DNA from: Macrostomum lignano
Taxonomy: Eukaryota
Assembly: GCA_002269645.1 (NCBI GenBank)
Contig: NIVC01000522.1
Location: 62,001 to 126,000, forward strand
Length of the DNA: 64,000 nt
Direction: 5' to 3'
In this document: piece after piece, positions 49,198 through 63,810 of the stretch
How the letters are laid out: the number at the start of each line of letters is the position of its first letter
Position numbering within the stretch: position 1 is the first letter of the stretch
Translations under genes and position numbers: made by a program
Notes under the pieces: generated by a model
Told to the model about the DNA's origin: nothing
Databases searched by the model: none
What the model saw: the letters and a program-made list of their open reading frames with translations, nothing else

Positions 49198-49595
49198 GGT
49201 GTCAGGAGTGATACTTTGTGTTTCAGGAGTGATACTTTGGTTGTCAGGAGTGATACTTTGGTTGTCAGGAGTGATACTTTGTGTGTCAGGAGTGATACTT
49301 TGTGTGTCAGGAGTGATACTTTGGTTCTCAGGGGTGATACTTTGTGTGTCAGGGGTGATACTTTGTGTGTCAGGAGTGATACTTTGTGTGTCAGGGGTGA
49401 TACTTTGTGTGTCAGGGGTGATACTTTGGTTGTCAGGGGTGATACTTTGTGTGTCAGGGGTGATACTTTGTGTGTCAGGGGTGATACTTTGTGTGTCAGG
49501 AGTGATACTTTGTGCGTCAGGAGTGATACTTTGTGTGTCAGGGGTGATACTTTGTGTGTCAGGAGTGATACTTTGTGCATCAGGAGTGATACTTC
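49198..49595. repeat. 21-bp minisatellite (GTCAGGAGTGATACTTTGTGT)
   Basis: Tandem units that give pseudo-ORFs on both strands. Confidence 0.92.
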
Positions 49596-50134
49596 AGAAG
49601 GAAGGATGAGGCTGCAAGCAAATTTTATTGGGAAGTTCAGATCGGATTGCTGAACTGTGCATAGAGGCAGTGCTAACACGAGCGCTCCTTATTTGAATCT
49701 TTCAATCAGAGGTCTGCAACCTGAAACTCAATTTCTGTCTGCCTGGAGACACGGGTGTAGAAGAGAATCCCAACTTTCCATCCCTTTTCTTGTTCCCTAG
49801 GAAAATCGCATCACTCCTCAGAGCTTCGGGAAGGAGTTGAGATGAAATTGAGTCGTCCTCAACTCAATCCGCTGTCTGTCCTCGGCCACCAGAAAGGCAT
49901 CCTGTGCTCTCACCCTTGTCCCTCTGGACTGGAGTCCCTGGCCCATAATAAGACTGGCCAGGCAACCTGAGAGGAAGGAAATTGGAACTCTCAAGACCGA
50001 GGGTTAAACTGAATACTTAAATGATTTTTCCTCTTCCTGATGGCTGCAGGAATCTTTAGCAACTCTGGGCGAGAATCGTTGCTCGATTGCCTGTCATTTA
50101 GGTCAAGCAGAAACGAAAGATATATCTGATAAGG

Positions 50135-50606
50135 GCAGGGCAGGAAAGGAAAGATCCTTCGATAAATGTACATTCACAAGGCGTGAGGTGGGTGTTTTAG
50201 GGAGTAAGGGCAGGAAAGAAAAGCTCCTTCAATGAATGTACATTCACAAGGCGTGAGGTGGGGGTTTTAAGAAGTAAGGGCAGGAAAGGAAAGATCCTTC
50301 GATGAATGTACATTCACAAGGCGTGAGGTGGGTGTTCTAAGGAGTAAAGGCAGGAAAGGAAAGCTCCTTCGATAAATGTACATTCACAAGGCGTGAGGTA
50401 TGTGTTCTAAGGAGTAAGGGCAGGAAAGGAAAGCTCCTTCGATGAATGTACATTCACAAGGCGTGAGGTGGGTGTTTTAAGGAATAAGGGCAGGAAAGGA
50501 AAGCTCCTTCGATGAATGTACATTCACAAGGCGTGAGGTGGGTGTTTTAAGGAGTAAGGGCAGGAAAGAAAAGCTCCTTCGATGAATGTACATTCACAAG
50601 GCGTGA
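50135..50606. repeat. About 70-bp tandem repeat
   Basis: GGCAGGAAAGGAAAGCTCCTTCGATGAATGTACATTCACAAGGCGTGAGG recurs about 7 times. Confidence 0.9.
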
Positions 50607-51184
50607 TGTCATTATGGCTTGTACTTGCGACAATTATGTAGTAGAAACATAAAAAATAATGGCAAAGTGGTTGGTTTTATATAGCTTTTAGCTTCGATGA
50701 TTTTCAAGCGAGCGAACGCCAAAATAGCACGACTGCAGCTGCTGATAAGCAGAGCCAGTGAGGACATTTTTACAAACTGAAAAAAACGCTCGTGACTGAT
50801 ATACAAGCCGAGCAGTACTGGGGCAGAATCGATGCGGAGGAAATCACAAGTGATCGAGCGCCACGCCTAGTCCGCCTTTTTCCCTCCTATGGCATTTTTA
50901 TTCTGGCCAGTGAAGCAATAAGATAAGCCAGATGCTCCACGTCTGGGAGACGGCCCGACACGAATCGGGGCGAAATTTGATAACGGCATGCGTGCCAGGG
51001 TTGGGTGCAGTTGCACTGACTGTCACGGATTGACAGTGACTGACAGGAGCTGTGACAGAACGCCTACACTGTGGAGCTGAGTTACACCGGATGTCACGCA
51101 TTCGAAGGGATTTTCACTCGATACATACCAGCGTATGTTGCAAATCCTAGTCTAAAAGCAGTTTGAATTCGCAAAAGTAATGAT

Positions 51185-51490
51185 TAGGACACACACAGAG
51201 TAGGCATTAGGACACACACAGGGTAGGCATTAGGACACAGAGTAGACATTAGGACACACACAGAGTAGACATTAGGACACACACAGAGTAGGCATTAGGA
51301 CACACACAGAGTAGGGATTAGGACACACACAGAGTAGGCATTAGGACACACACAGAGTAGGCATTAGGACACACACAGAGTAGGCATTAGGACACACACA
51401 AAGTAGGGATTAGGACACACACAGAGTAGGCATTAGGTCACACCCAGAGTAGGGATTAGGACACACACAAAGTAGGGATTGGGACACAAT
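51185..51490. repeat. 23-bp minisatellite (ATTAGGACACACACAGAGTAGGC)
   Basis: Lies near the junctophilin exon 1 donor. Confidence 0.88.
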
Positions 51491-51581
51491 ATTTTAGCAA
51501 CAATAGACGCGGTTAGCGCACCTGAAACAGAGACCCGTAATTGCAAAACCCTAGTTGACCAAGCCACCCGCAGCCACTCAC

Positions 51582-51966
51582 TGCCATCAGAGTAGGTCTC
51601 AACCCCGGTTCCATCCTGCATGCCGAGTTGCCAGGTGCCCTCGTACCGCGCCCCGCTGGCCTCGCTCTGCCGCACCCCGTAGCGCCCCTTGAAGCCGGTC
51701 ATCCACTCGCCGCGGTACATCCACCGGCCCTTGACCTCGGTCCCGAGGCCGTGCCGCTTGCCCTGACGCCATTCGCCTTCGAAAGTGTTGCCGCTTGGCC
51801 AGATGTACACCCCGGAGGCCTCGAAGCCGTCCTCCCAGAGGCCGGCGAACTCGCCTTGGCCACGGGGCCCCGTCACCAGGCCCAGCCCGTGCGCCTTGCC
51901 CTCGCTCCAGCCGCCCACGTAGGTGCCGCCGTCCTCGAAGTCAAAGCGGCCGCCATCCGTTGTCAT
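51582..51966 (-). CDS. JPH: Junctophilin exon 1 (MORN repeats)
   Basis: [29 protein letters not shown]... matches the junctophilin N-terminus. Phase-1 GT donor after YSDG. Confidence 0.95.
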
Positions 51967-53312
51967 GCTGGGAGCAGCCTTGGCAACGGTGTGAAAAGGA
52001 CTCTGAAGGAGTTGTCCGTCGGCTTCTTTGACTTGCTTCGCGTTTGCCTCTGGTCGGCGTCAATTCAAATCCGCTTCTTCTGCTGTGTTTGTTCAGAATG
52101 CGAAACTTTATCTTTCTGTGTGCGGCAGAAAATGATGATGCTAGAGTTGACAAAAAACTGTTATAATCTCAGAAAAATTGGCAGAAAGCGAGCTTCAGTA
52201 GATTTCGAAATGAAAGTGGCGGAACTTAGCGGTTCAAAGCGGTTTGTTGCGGTCGAAAAAAGCTTTAAAAATTTGTTTTTTTCTAAGAAAAGCAATAAAA
52301 TACTTGTCAAGTGGAGAGTGAGATTGGAGATTTGGAGAGATTCGCTTGCCGCGCCAGATCTCTCCGTTGTCTACTTTTCTCTCTCCCTCTCACTCTCCCT
52401 CTCACTGTCTTCCTGTCTGTCTCCCTGTCTGCTTTTATTTATAACAAAAGAGGGTTTTGGAGGAAGAATTGACTGCAAAGGCCTTGGCGGGGAAGAGGTG
52501 GCAGCCGGGCAAAGACAGGGAACGAAGGGCGAAGGGGGAAGAGGAGGGCAAGAATCCCCCAAGCATATGGTTAGCTGGGTTCGTTCATAGAGACGGGGGG
52601 CCCGGCTTGGCTTATCGCATTCTCTTCAACAGTAAGACACAATGCGCCTGCCTGTGTGTGCAGCTAAGGCGAAGGCTGGGCGGAGCCGGTGCATGAGACG
52701 GAGGGAGGGAGAGAGAGAGAGAAAGGGACTTAGAAGGACGTATCCAGACTGAACTGCGTTAGCTCCTACGTGGGAAAGGGGGGGCTACCCCTACCCCCAG
52801 CCAGGTAGATTCTCCCCCCCCCCCCCCAAAAAATCCGCGACCCCGCCAGAAAAATCGACCGCCAAGGGTTGGAAAAGTCGGCAAACCGAGGTCGCACGAT
52901 TGCGGCGCGCCCCCCAGCAGCAAGCCGCCTGGCAGTCTTCTTTACTGCTGCTGGGATTGGCCGAATCTGCTTTGGTGACTGGAAGATTTTTAGCACCTTC
53001 GTATTCTGCCCGTTCTCCACTCACTCCCCACCACCAACGTCAGCCCCCCTCTTGCTAAATTGCTTCTTAAATGCATTGGTCTGTAAAAGACAGGCTGGGC
53101 AAAGTACGCCGTGTTTGTTCCTGTTAGGCTGTTAGGGTCAATAGAGGGATTAACTGCAGCCATTTGCCGCTGTGTTTTTGCACTGTAGTGCACTTTTAAC
53201 TGCATGCAGCTGCGGCAGCTCACAAAGTGCTTTTGTGAGTTTCTCTTCATTCTAGATTGAGTATCGAAGCTTAGGAAAAATATTGACACTCATTTTGCAA
53301 ACCGAGAGGGTC

Positions 53313-53835
53313 AACTGACCCCTGCCTACAGAGAATCTGATGATGAATGGGTCAACTGACCCCCGCCTACAGAGAATCTTGTTATGGAGGGGTCAACTGA
53401 CCCTCACCTATAGAGAATCTTGTTATGGAGGGGTCAACTGACCCTCACCTACAGAGAATCTGGTAATGGAGGGGTCAACTGACCCCACCTACTGAGAATC
53501 TTGTAATGGAGGGGTCAACTGACCCTTACCTACAGAGAATCTGGTGATGGAAGGGTCAACTGACCCTCACCTGCAGGGAATCTGGTAATGGAGGGGTCAA
53601 TTGACCCCCACCTCACCTACAGAGAATCTGGGGATGGAGGGGTCAACTGACCCCCACCTACAGAGAATCTTGTAATGGAGGGGTCAACTGACCCCCACCT
53701 ACAGAGAATCCTGTAATGGAGGGGTCAACTGACCCTTACCTACAGAGAATCCTGTAATGGAGGGGTCAACTGACCCTCGCCTACAGTGAATCTGGTAATG
53801 GAGGGGTCAACTGACCCCACCTACAGAGAATCTGC
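53313..53835. repeat. About 41-bp repeat with a GGGTCA-AC-TGACCC palindrome, array 1
   Basis: Same family as 59557-60620. Confidence 0.88.
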
Positions 53836-55069
53836 CAGGCTTCCTATTCTGTTTGAGCAATTTAAAAATTCGCGATAAGGGAGAGGGAGATCAGTCTCAC
53901 TATTATTAATCTTACTCACCTCTCCAGCTCCGTGACCCCATTCGCTGGGGTGTAAAAAAACCTATCGGATAAACAGCTCAGTTTCTTGTTATTAATGATT
54001 AACACGTGACAATGCGAGTGCTCAAGATGTGCTCAAGACAAAAAACCAGAGTCACCGAAGGGTGTTGAGGCTGTTGGGGCAGCTGTGTGCTCAAACCCTT
54101 GGCTGATATACTCGAGGCCGAGGTGCACAAGGAGGGGGGAGGTTCTCGAATTCCTCACTCATTTTGAGTGGGAAGGAATAGCGAGGAGAGGACGGATGAA
54201 GGAAGAGGCAGGGAGTGATGGAGAGGCTGGGAGGCTGGGAACTGGAGCAGGACGAGCTCCCAGCCATTGCCACACCGCCCACGCGGACTCGCATGAGAAC
54301 CTTGAGCTTCCTTGCCTCGTCAACTTTTGAGTTCTAAAAACTTTCTTCCCATCTCTGCTTCAGCCGTCCCAGATCTCCCCTCTCCCCGCGTCCCTCCTGT
54401 CCGCGACAGCAGCCAAACTGGGCTCAGAACAGAATAACAAATTTAAATTCGACAAAACTGGATATTTTTTACCGTACGAAATCCTCAATATGCTACTTAT
54501 TTAGTGATAAGATTTTCAGTAGCATCATGTGAACATTTAAGAGTTTTAACTTACCAGAATAATGAGTGAAGATAATAGAAAGCCATAAAGTAAATATTTC
54601 TGTTTGTTTAAACTGTCATTTTTTCCTTTGTTTTACTAAACTCGAATCATATTCTCCGGGTTTCTCTATATTCCTATCCCGGTGAAAAATCTGCCAGAGA
54701 GTCTTCGGACGCAGAAATCGCATCTCGATTTAGGAAAATACGTCTTGTCACGTAAGTTATCCTCCCGCGTTCGACCTTCGGCTTCTACCCCGCCAACATG
54801 TATCTTTTGCGGGCGAAAGTCTGTCATGATATGTCTTCTGCTCGGTCCTCTGCGGCATCAGTTTTGCAGAGAAAGTCTGTTAGCTTTCTCTCTCTCTTAT
54901 TATACCTGAGGTCCGGCAATGACCTTTTGCTTATGCAGCTGATAATGATTGACGGAAGAAGAATCGCTCCAGACTTTTATGGCGTTCACTTCAAGCGGCG
55001 TAAAAGTAATGAATATTTTAGGCAAAATATTTCATATTTCACAATTCATCTGAGCATTGTCTTCGTGAA

Positions 55070-58000
55070 CTCATCCATAGAGCTTGTGTTTCTGTCTGAA
55101 CTCATCTATAGGGTTTGTATCTCTCTGTGAACTCATCTATAGGGTTTGTATCTCTCTGTGAACTCATCTATAGGGTTTGTGTCTCTCTCTGAACTCATCT
55201 ATAGGGTTTGTGTCTCTCTGTGAACTCATCCATAGAGCTTGTGTTTCTGTGTGAACTCATCTATAGGGTTTGTGTCTCTCTGTGAACTCATCTATTGGGT
55301 TTGTGTCTGTGAATTCATCTATAGGGTTTCTGTCTCTCTGTGAACTCATCTATTGGGTTTGTGTCTCTCTGTGAACTCATCTATAGGGTTTGTGTCTCTC
55401 TGTGAACTCATCTATAGGGTTTGTGTCTCTCTGTGAACTCATCTATAGGGTTTGTGTCTCTCTGTGAACTCATCTATAGGGTTTGTGTCTCTCTGTGAAC
55501 TCATCTATAGGGTTTGTGTCTCTCTGTGAACTCATCTATAGGGTTTGTGTCTCTCTCTGAACTCATCTATAGGGTTTGTGTCTCTCTGTGAACTCATCTA
55601 TAGAGCTTTTGTCTCTCTGTGAACTCATCTATAGGGTTTGTGTCTCTCTGTGAACTCATCTATAGGGTTTGTGTCTCTCTGAACTCATCTATAGGGTTTG
55701 TGTCTCTCTGTGAACTCATCTATAGGGTTTGTGTCTCTCTGTGAACTTATCTATAGGGTTTGTGTCTCTCTGTGAACTCATCTATAGGGTTTGTGTCTCT
55801 CTGTGAACTCATCTATAGGGTTTGTGTCTCTCTGTGAACTCATCTATAGGGTTTGTGTCTCTCTGTGAACTCATCTATAGGGTTTGTGTCTCTCTCTGAA
55901 CTCATCTATAGGGTTTGTGTCTCTCTGTGAACTCATCTATAGGGTTTGTGTCTCTCTGTGAACTCATCTATAGAGCTTTTGTCTCTCTGTGAACTCATCT
56001 ATAGGGTTTGTGTCTCTCTGTGAACTCATCTATAGGGTTTGTGTCTCTCTGTGAACTCATCTATAGGGTTTGTGTCTCTCTGTGAACTCATCTATAGGGT
56101 TTGTGTCTCTCTGTGAACTCATCTATAGAGCTTTTGTCTCTCTGTGAACTCATCTATAGGGTTTGTGTCTCTCTGTGAACTCATCTATAGGGTTTGTGTC
56201 TCTCTGTGAACTCATCTATAGGGTTTGTGTCTCTCTGTGAACTCATCTATAGGGTTGTGTCTCTCTCTCTCTGAACTCATCTATAGGGTTTGTGTCTCTC
56301 TGTGAACTCATCTATAGAGCTTTTGTCTCTCTGTGAACTCATCTATTGGGTTTGTGTCTCCGTGAACTCATCTATTGGGTTTGTGTCTCTCTCTGAACTC
56401 ATCTATAGGGTTTGTGTCTCTCTGTGAACTCATCTATAGGGTTTGTGTCTCTCTGTGAACTCATCTATAGGGTTTGTGTCTCTCTGTGAACTCATCTATA
56501 GGGTTTGTGTCTCTCTGTGAACTCATCTATAGGGTTTGTGTCTCTCTGTGAACTTATCTATAGGGTTTGTGTCTCTCTGTGAACTCATCTATAGGGTTTG
56601 TGTCTCTCTGTGAACTCATCTATAGGGTTTGTGTCTCTCTGTGAACTCATCTATAGGGTTTGTGTCTCTCTGTGAACTCATCTATAGGGTTTGTGTCTCT
56701 CTCTGAACTCATCTATAGGGTTTGTGTCTCTCTGTGAACTCATCTATAGGGTTTGTGTCTCTCTGTGAACTCATCTATAGAGCTTTTGTCTCTCTGTGAA
56801 CTCATCTATAGGGTTTGTGTCTCTCTGTGAACTCATCTATAGGGTTTGTGTCTCTCTGTGAACTCATCTATAGGGTTTGTGTCTCTCTGTGAACTCATCT
56901 ATAGGGTTTGTGTCTCTCTGTGAACTAATCTATAGGGTTTGTGTCTCTCTGTGAACTCATCTATAGGGTTTGTGTCTCTCTGTGAACTCATCTATAGGGT
57001 TTGTGTCTCTCTGTGAACTCATCTATAGGGTTTGTGTCTCTCTGTGAACTCATCTATAGGGTTTGTGTCTCTCTGTGAACTCATCTATAGGGTTGTGTCT
57101 CTCTCTCTCTGAACTCATCTATAGGGTTTGTGTCTCTCTGTGAACTCATCTATAGAGCTTTTGTCTCTCTGTGAACTCATCTATTGGGTTTGTGTCTCCG
57201 TGAACTCATCTATTGGGTTTGTGTCTCTCTCTGAACTCATCTATAGGGTTTGTGTCTCTCTGTGAACTCATCTATAGGGTTTGTGTCTCTCTGTGAACTC
57301 ATCTATAGGGTTTGTGTCTCTCTGTGAACTCATCTATAGGGTTTGTGTCTCTCTGTGAACTCATCTATAGGGTTTGTGTCTCTCTGTGAACTCATCTATA
57401 GGGTTTGTGTCTCTCTCTGAACTCATCTATAGGGTTTGTGTCTCTCTGTGAACTCATCTATAGGGTTTGTGTCTCTCTGTGAACTCATCTATAGAGCTTT
57501 TGTCTCTCTGTGAACTCATCTATTGGGTTTGTGTCTCCGTGAACTCATCTATAGGGTTTGTGTCTCTGTGAACTCATCTATTGGGTTTGTGTCTCTCTGT
57601 GAACTCATCTATAGGGTTTGTGTCTCTCTGTGAACTCATCTATAGGGTTTGTGTCTCTCTCTGAACTCATCTATAGGGTTTGTGTCTCTCTGTGAACTCA
57701 TCTATAGGGTTTGTGTCTCTCTGTGAACTCATCTATAGGGTTTGTGTCTCTCTGTGAACTCATCTATAGGGTTTGTGTCTCTCTGTGAACTCATCTATAG
57801 GGTTTGTGTCTCTCTCTGAACTCATCTATTGGGTTTGTGTCTCTCTCTGAACTCATCTATAGGGTTTGTGTCTCTCTCTGAACTCATCTATAGGGTTTGT
57901 GTCTCTCTGTGAACTCATCTATAGGGTTTGTGTCTCTCTGTGAACTCATCTATAGGGTTTGTGTCTCTCTGTGAACTCATCTATAGGGTTTGTGTCTCTC

Positions 58001-58815
58001 TGTGAACTCATCTATAGGGTTTGTGTCTCTCTGTGAACTCATCTATAGGGTTTGTGTCTCTCTCTGAACTCATCTATAGGGTTTGTGTCTCTCTGTGAAC
58101 TCATCTATAGAGCTTTTGTCTCTCTGTGAACTCATCTATTGGGTTTGTGTCTCCGTGAACTCATCTATAGGGTTTGTGTCTCTGTGAACTCATCTATTGG
58201 GTTTGTGTCTCTCTGTGAACTCATCTATAGGGTTTGTTTCTCTCTGTGAACTCATCTATAGGGTTTGTGTCTCTCTCTGAACTCATCTATAGGGTTTGTG
58301 TCTCTCTGTGAACTTATCTATAGGGTTTGTGTCTCTCTGTGAACTCATCTATAGGGTTTGTGTCTCTCTGTGAACTCATCTATAGGGTTTGTGTCTCTCT
58401 GTGAACTCATCTATAGGGTTTGTGTCTCTCTGTGAACTCATCTATAGGGTTTGTGTCTCTCTCTGAACTCATCTATAGGGTTTGTGTCTCTCTGTGAACT
58501 CATCTATAGGGTTTGTGTCTCTCTGTGAACTCATCTATAGAGCTTTTGTCTCTCTGTGAACTCATCTATTGGGTTTGTGTCTCCGTGAACTCATCTATAG
58601 GGTTTGTGTCTCTGTGAACTCATCTATTGGGTTTGTGTCTCTCTGTGAACTCATCTATAGGGTTTGTGTCTCTCTCTGAACTCATCTATAGGGTTTGTGT
58701 CTCTCTGTGAACTCATCTATAGGGTTTGTGTCTCTCTGTGAACTCATCTATAGGGTTTGTGTCTCTCTCTGAACTCATCTATAGGGTTTGTGTCTCTCTC
58801 TGAACTCATCTATAG
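55070..58815. repeat. 31-bp satellite (GTGAACTCATCTATAGGGTTTGTGTCTCTCT), about 3.7 kb
   Basis: Highly homogeneous units, with variant blocks that recur as higher-order repeats. Confidence 0.97.
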
Positions 58816-59556
58816 AGTCTAAGATCTAAGTCTAAGGCCTATAGAGTCCGGAGTCTAATAATTTACAGCGTCTAAGATCAGCGATTCTTGCAGACCATGG
58901 TCCCCTTGAAATGCGTTTATTTTTAAATATGAAAGTTCTCCCAAAGCAGCAGTATTATTCACTAATCAAAAGCAGCAGACTCACCTAACCAGTGGATTAG
59001 TATCTGCAGTTTCCAGTAAATATGAACTTCGGGAATGTGCAGTGGTCCAAGTCTCTGGCTTGAATTTGTCCCAGCCGATTATATTTTTTTATTCAGTTCA
59101 GACGTAAACCAATTGAATGTATTTAAGTAAGACAGTCGGCTACAGCCATTCTGTCTAATTGGTGCGTCTAAGGCCCAAAAAGTGCTTTTTCCCTGCCGCA
59201 CTGACGGGAAAACTTTGCAGCAACTTTGAGTTGCTTTTGTTTTCTGCTTCTGTGTGGGAAGTCAAAAATTTTCTGAGAGGCTTTTCCTCTGAACTGAAGA
59301 GACAAAAACGACAGAGGCAGCAGTTCTTCTTTATGTGCTTTAGTTGCCATGCAGTGTCGAAGAGGGGAGTTAAGACTGACAGGGTAGGGCTGGGCCTGCA
59401 GTCACTGGTCACTCATTGGCTGTGGCTGCGTCAGAGACGGTTGCCATGCGCTCTGGGAGAGGCGGGGCAATAGGAAACTACGGTCGGGTATTGGGTATTG
59501 GTAACTCCTGTTCGACAATCCTGTACATGTACACTTTGTGTGAGCATGTGCCTGAA

Positions 59557-60620
59557 GGGGGTCAACTGACCCTCACCCACGGCAAATCTGGGAATGGAGG
59601 GGTCAACTGACCCTCACCTACGGCAAATCTGGTAATAGAGGGGTCAACTGACCCTTACCTACAGAGAATCCTGTAATGGAGGGTTCAACTGACCCTCACC
59701 CACGGCAAATCTGGGAATGGAGGGGTCAACTGACCCTCACCTACTGAGAATCCTGTAATGGAGGGGTCAACTGACCCTCACCTACGGCAAATCTGGTAAT
59801 GGAGGGGTCAACTGACCCTCACCTACGGCAAATCTGGTAATAGAGGGGTCAACTGACCCTTACCTACAGAGAATCCTGTAATGGAGGGTTCAACTGACCC
59901 TCACCCACGGCAAATCTGGGAATGGAGGGGTCAACTGACCCTCACCCACGGCAAATCTGGGAATGGAGGGGTCAACTGACCCTCACCTACTGAGAATCCT
60001 GTAATGGAGGGGTCAACTGACCCTCACCTACGGCAAATCTGGTAATGGAGGGGTCAACTGACCCTCACCTACTGAGAATCCTGTAATGGAGGGGTCAACT
60101 GACCCTCACCTACGGCAAATCTGGTAATGGAGGGGTCAACTGACCCTCACCTACAGAGAATCCTGTAATGGAGGGGTCAACTGACCCTCACCCACGGCAA
60201 ATCTGGGAATGGAGGGGTCAACTGACCCTCACCTACTGAGAATCCTGTAATGGAGGGGTCAACTGACCCTCACCTACGGCAAATCTGGTAATGGAGGGGT
60301 CAACTGACCCTCACCTACAGAGAATCCTGTAATGGAGGGGTCAACTGACCCTCACCCACGGCAAATCTGGGAATGGAGGGGTCAACTGACCCTCACCTAC
60401 GGCAAATCTGGTAATGGAGGGGTTAACTGACCATTACCTACATAGAATCCTGTAATAGAGGGGTCAACTGACCCTCACCTACGGCAAATCTGGTAATAGA
60501 GGGGTCAACTGACCCTTACCTACAGAGAATCCTGTAATAGAGGGGTCAACTGACCCTCACCTACGGCAAATCTGGTAATGGAGGGGTCAACTGAACCTTA
60601 CCTACAGAGAATTTGGTGAT
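59557..60620. repeat. About 41-bp repeat with a GGGTCA-AC-TGACCC palindrome, array 2
   Basis: More homogeneous than array 1. Confidence 0.92.
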
Positions 60621-61261
60621 GGAGGGGAGGGGTTAGCATTTCTCAAAGCAAATCTGCAGCAATAAAAAAGAAAGTTTGTCCATCGAAAAACTGCTCAAAT
60701 TTGCTCTCCATCTTAACTCCTTGCCTTTTATCCCCCCCCACGCTACCGACCTCGCTGACTCGCTATCTCAGATGAGCCATTCAAATATCTTGGTTGAGTC
60801 ATTTCAGGGGCTAACCAGCAAATTGAAATTGGCCAAAGGCTTGCCGATGAAGCCAACGCCTAAATAAAAGCCTCTAGCCTCCCTGCATTCAAAACCATTC
60901 GATCCGGGATTTAACAGCTTCAACAAAGATTTGGCCCACCAACCCCCCCCCCCCCCAACCAGCAGCAACTCCCAAGAGGACGGGAAGTGTAATTTGACAG
61001 CGATGATGGGGCGAAAGGGCAGGCATTATGATGGGGAACACGTGGCTTGTTGCCGCTGGCAACGGCTTCACGGGGAGAATCATCAGGGCAAAGGGGATTA
61101 ATCCCCGAAGCGCTGCATATTTGGACTTTTATCGCGGCGAGTTAATCTCTCTTTCTTAGAAAATGTTAATCCTATGGGCAGCAATATAATAACCAGGACA
61201 AGGTGGGTTTGGGATTATCCAGGGCTGTAAGAGCTTCTTGTGCACTAATAGGGGGCAATGC

Positions 61262-62315
<1,054 letters not shown>

Positions 62316-62334
62316 GCCAGTCAGTCTGTGAGCT

Positions 62335-62483
62335 TAGTAGCGCCATTTCTGTGTGTTTAGTGGCGCCATTTCTGTGTGTTTAGTGGCGCCATTTCTGTGT
62401 GTTTAGTGGCGCCATTTCTGTGTGTTTAGTGGCGCCATTTCTGTGTGTTTAGTGGTGCCATTTCTGTGTGTTTAGTGGCGCCA
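62335..62483. repeat. 23-bp repeat (GTGGCGCCATTTCTGTGTGTTTA)
   Basis: About 6 units. Confidence 0.9.
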
Positions 62484-63059
62484 AAAAATCTACGCCGCTA
62501 ACTAAGTCGGTAACAGCAGGCAACAAACTTTGCTCCCAGAAGACAGCAGCGGGTCTCTTAGTGAACGTCAGTGGCTCTAAAGGCTAGAAGTTCAAATTAC
62601 CAAAGGACGACAGACATTTGCCTCACTGACGGAGTGTCACGGCCGTCAACGCAAGCACCGCGATGACAAGTGTACCTGTGCCTCCAACCCCACCCCTTCT
62701 ACCCAGGAGCATTTCATATGTTTATAGCCAGAAACTCTTGGTAGAGGGCAGGCATCAGGCAACAGGGGTCAGATGTGGCATGCCCTGTTGGCAGGGTTAA
62801 CTGACTGACATACTAGCTAGACTCAGTAGGTTATTGAAAACTACGCCAGAATGGTGGCTTTCATCAAATATTCCAGGTCATGTCCTGTTGAACAAATGAA
62901 AAATCAGCAGCGCCTGAAGCGGGAAGGCCTGAAATAAAGGCATGCCTGTAGCACATAACTGCTTGAGACTGATCCAAAAACTCAAGGATCACGCTTCACC
63001 CCCGAACCACTCCTCCCAAGACATCGAGAAACCGGGTACCCACCAAGAGACAGTAGGCG

Positions 63060-63810
63060 CCGACCATGAGACAGGGGACAGGGGGCGCCCACCATGAGAC
63101 AGGGACGCCCACCATGAGACAGGGACGCCCACAAAGAGACAGGGGCGCTCACCAAGAGACAGCGGCACCCATCATGAGACAGGGGCACCCATCATGAGAC
63201 AGGGGCACCCATCATGAGACAGGGGCACCCATCATGAGACAGGGGCACCCATCATGAGACAGGGGCACCCATCATGAGACAGGGGCACCCACCAAGAGAC
63301 AGGGGCGCTCACCAAGAGACAGGGGCACCCACCAAGAGACAGGGGCACCCACCAAGAGACAGGGGCGCCCACCAAGAGACAGGGGCACCCACCAAGAGAC
63401 AGGGGCGCTCACCAAGAGACAGGGGCGCCCACCAAGAGACAGGGGCACCCACCAAGAGACAGGGGCACCCACCAAGAGACAGGGGCACCCATCATGAGAC
63501 AGGGGCACCCATCATGAGACAGGGGCACCCACCAAGAGACAGGGGCGCTCACCAAGAGACAGGGGCGCCCACCAAGAGACAGGGGCACCCACCAAGAGAC
63601 AGGGGCACCCACCAAGAGACAGGGGCACCCACCAAGAGACAGGGGCACCCACCAAGAGACAGGGGCACCCAAGCACCAAGAGACAGGGGCGCCCACCAAG
63701 AGACAGGGGCACCCACCAAGAGACAGGGGCACCTACCAAGAGACAGGGGCACCCAAGCACCAAGAGACAGGGGCGCCCACGAAGAGACAGGGGCGCCCAC
63801 CAAGACACAC
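63060..63810. repeat. 20-bp minisatellite (GAGACAGGGGCACCCACCAA)
   Basis: Source of the WWVPLSLGG pseudo-ORFs. Confidence 0.92.

Noticed and set aside
51941-52153. 70-aa ORF overlapping the junctophilin start
   Set aside because: Different frame, starts at a non-ATG codon, and the conserved N-terminus begins at 51966.
55070-58815. CRISPR-like appearance of regular 31-bp repeats (also the 41-bp arrays)
   Set aside because: Units are head to tail with no unique spacers, there are no cas genes, and the context is eukaryotic.
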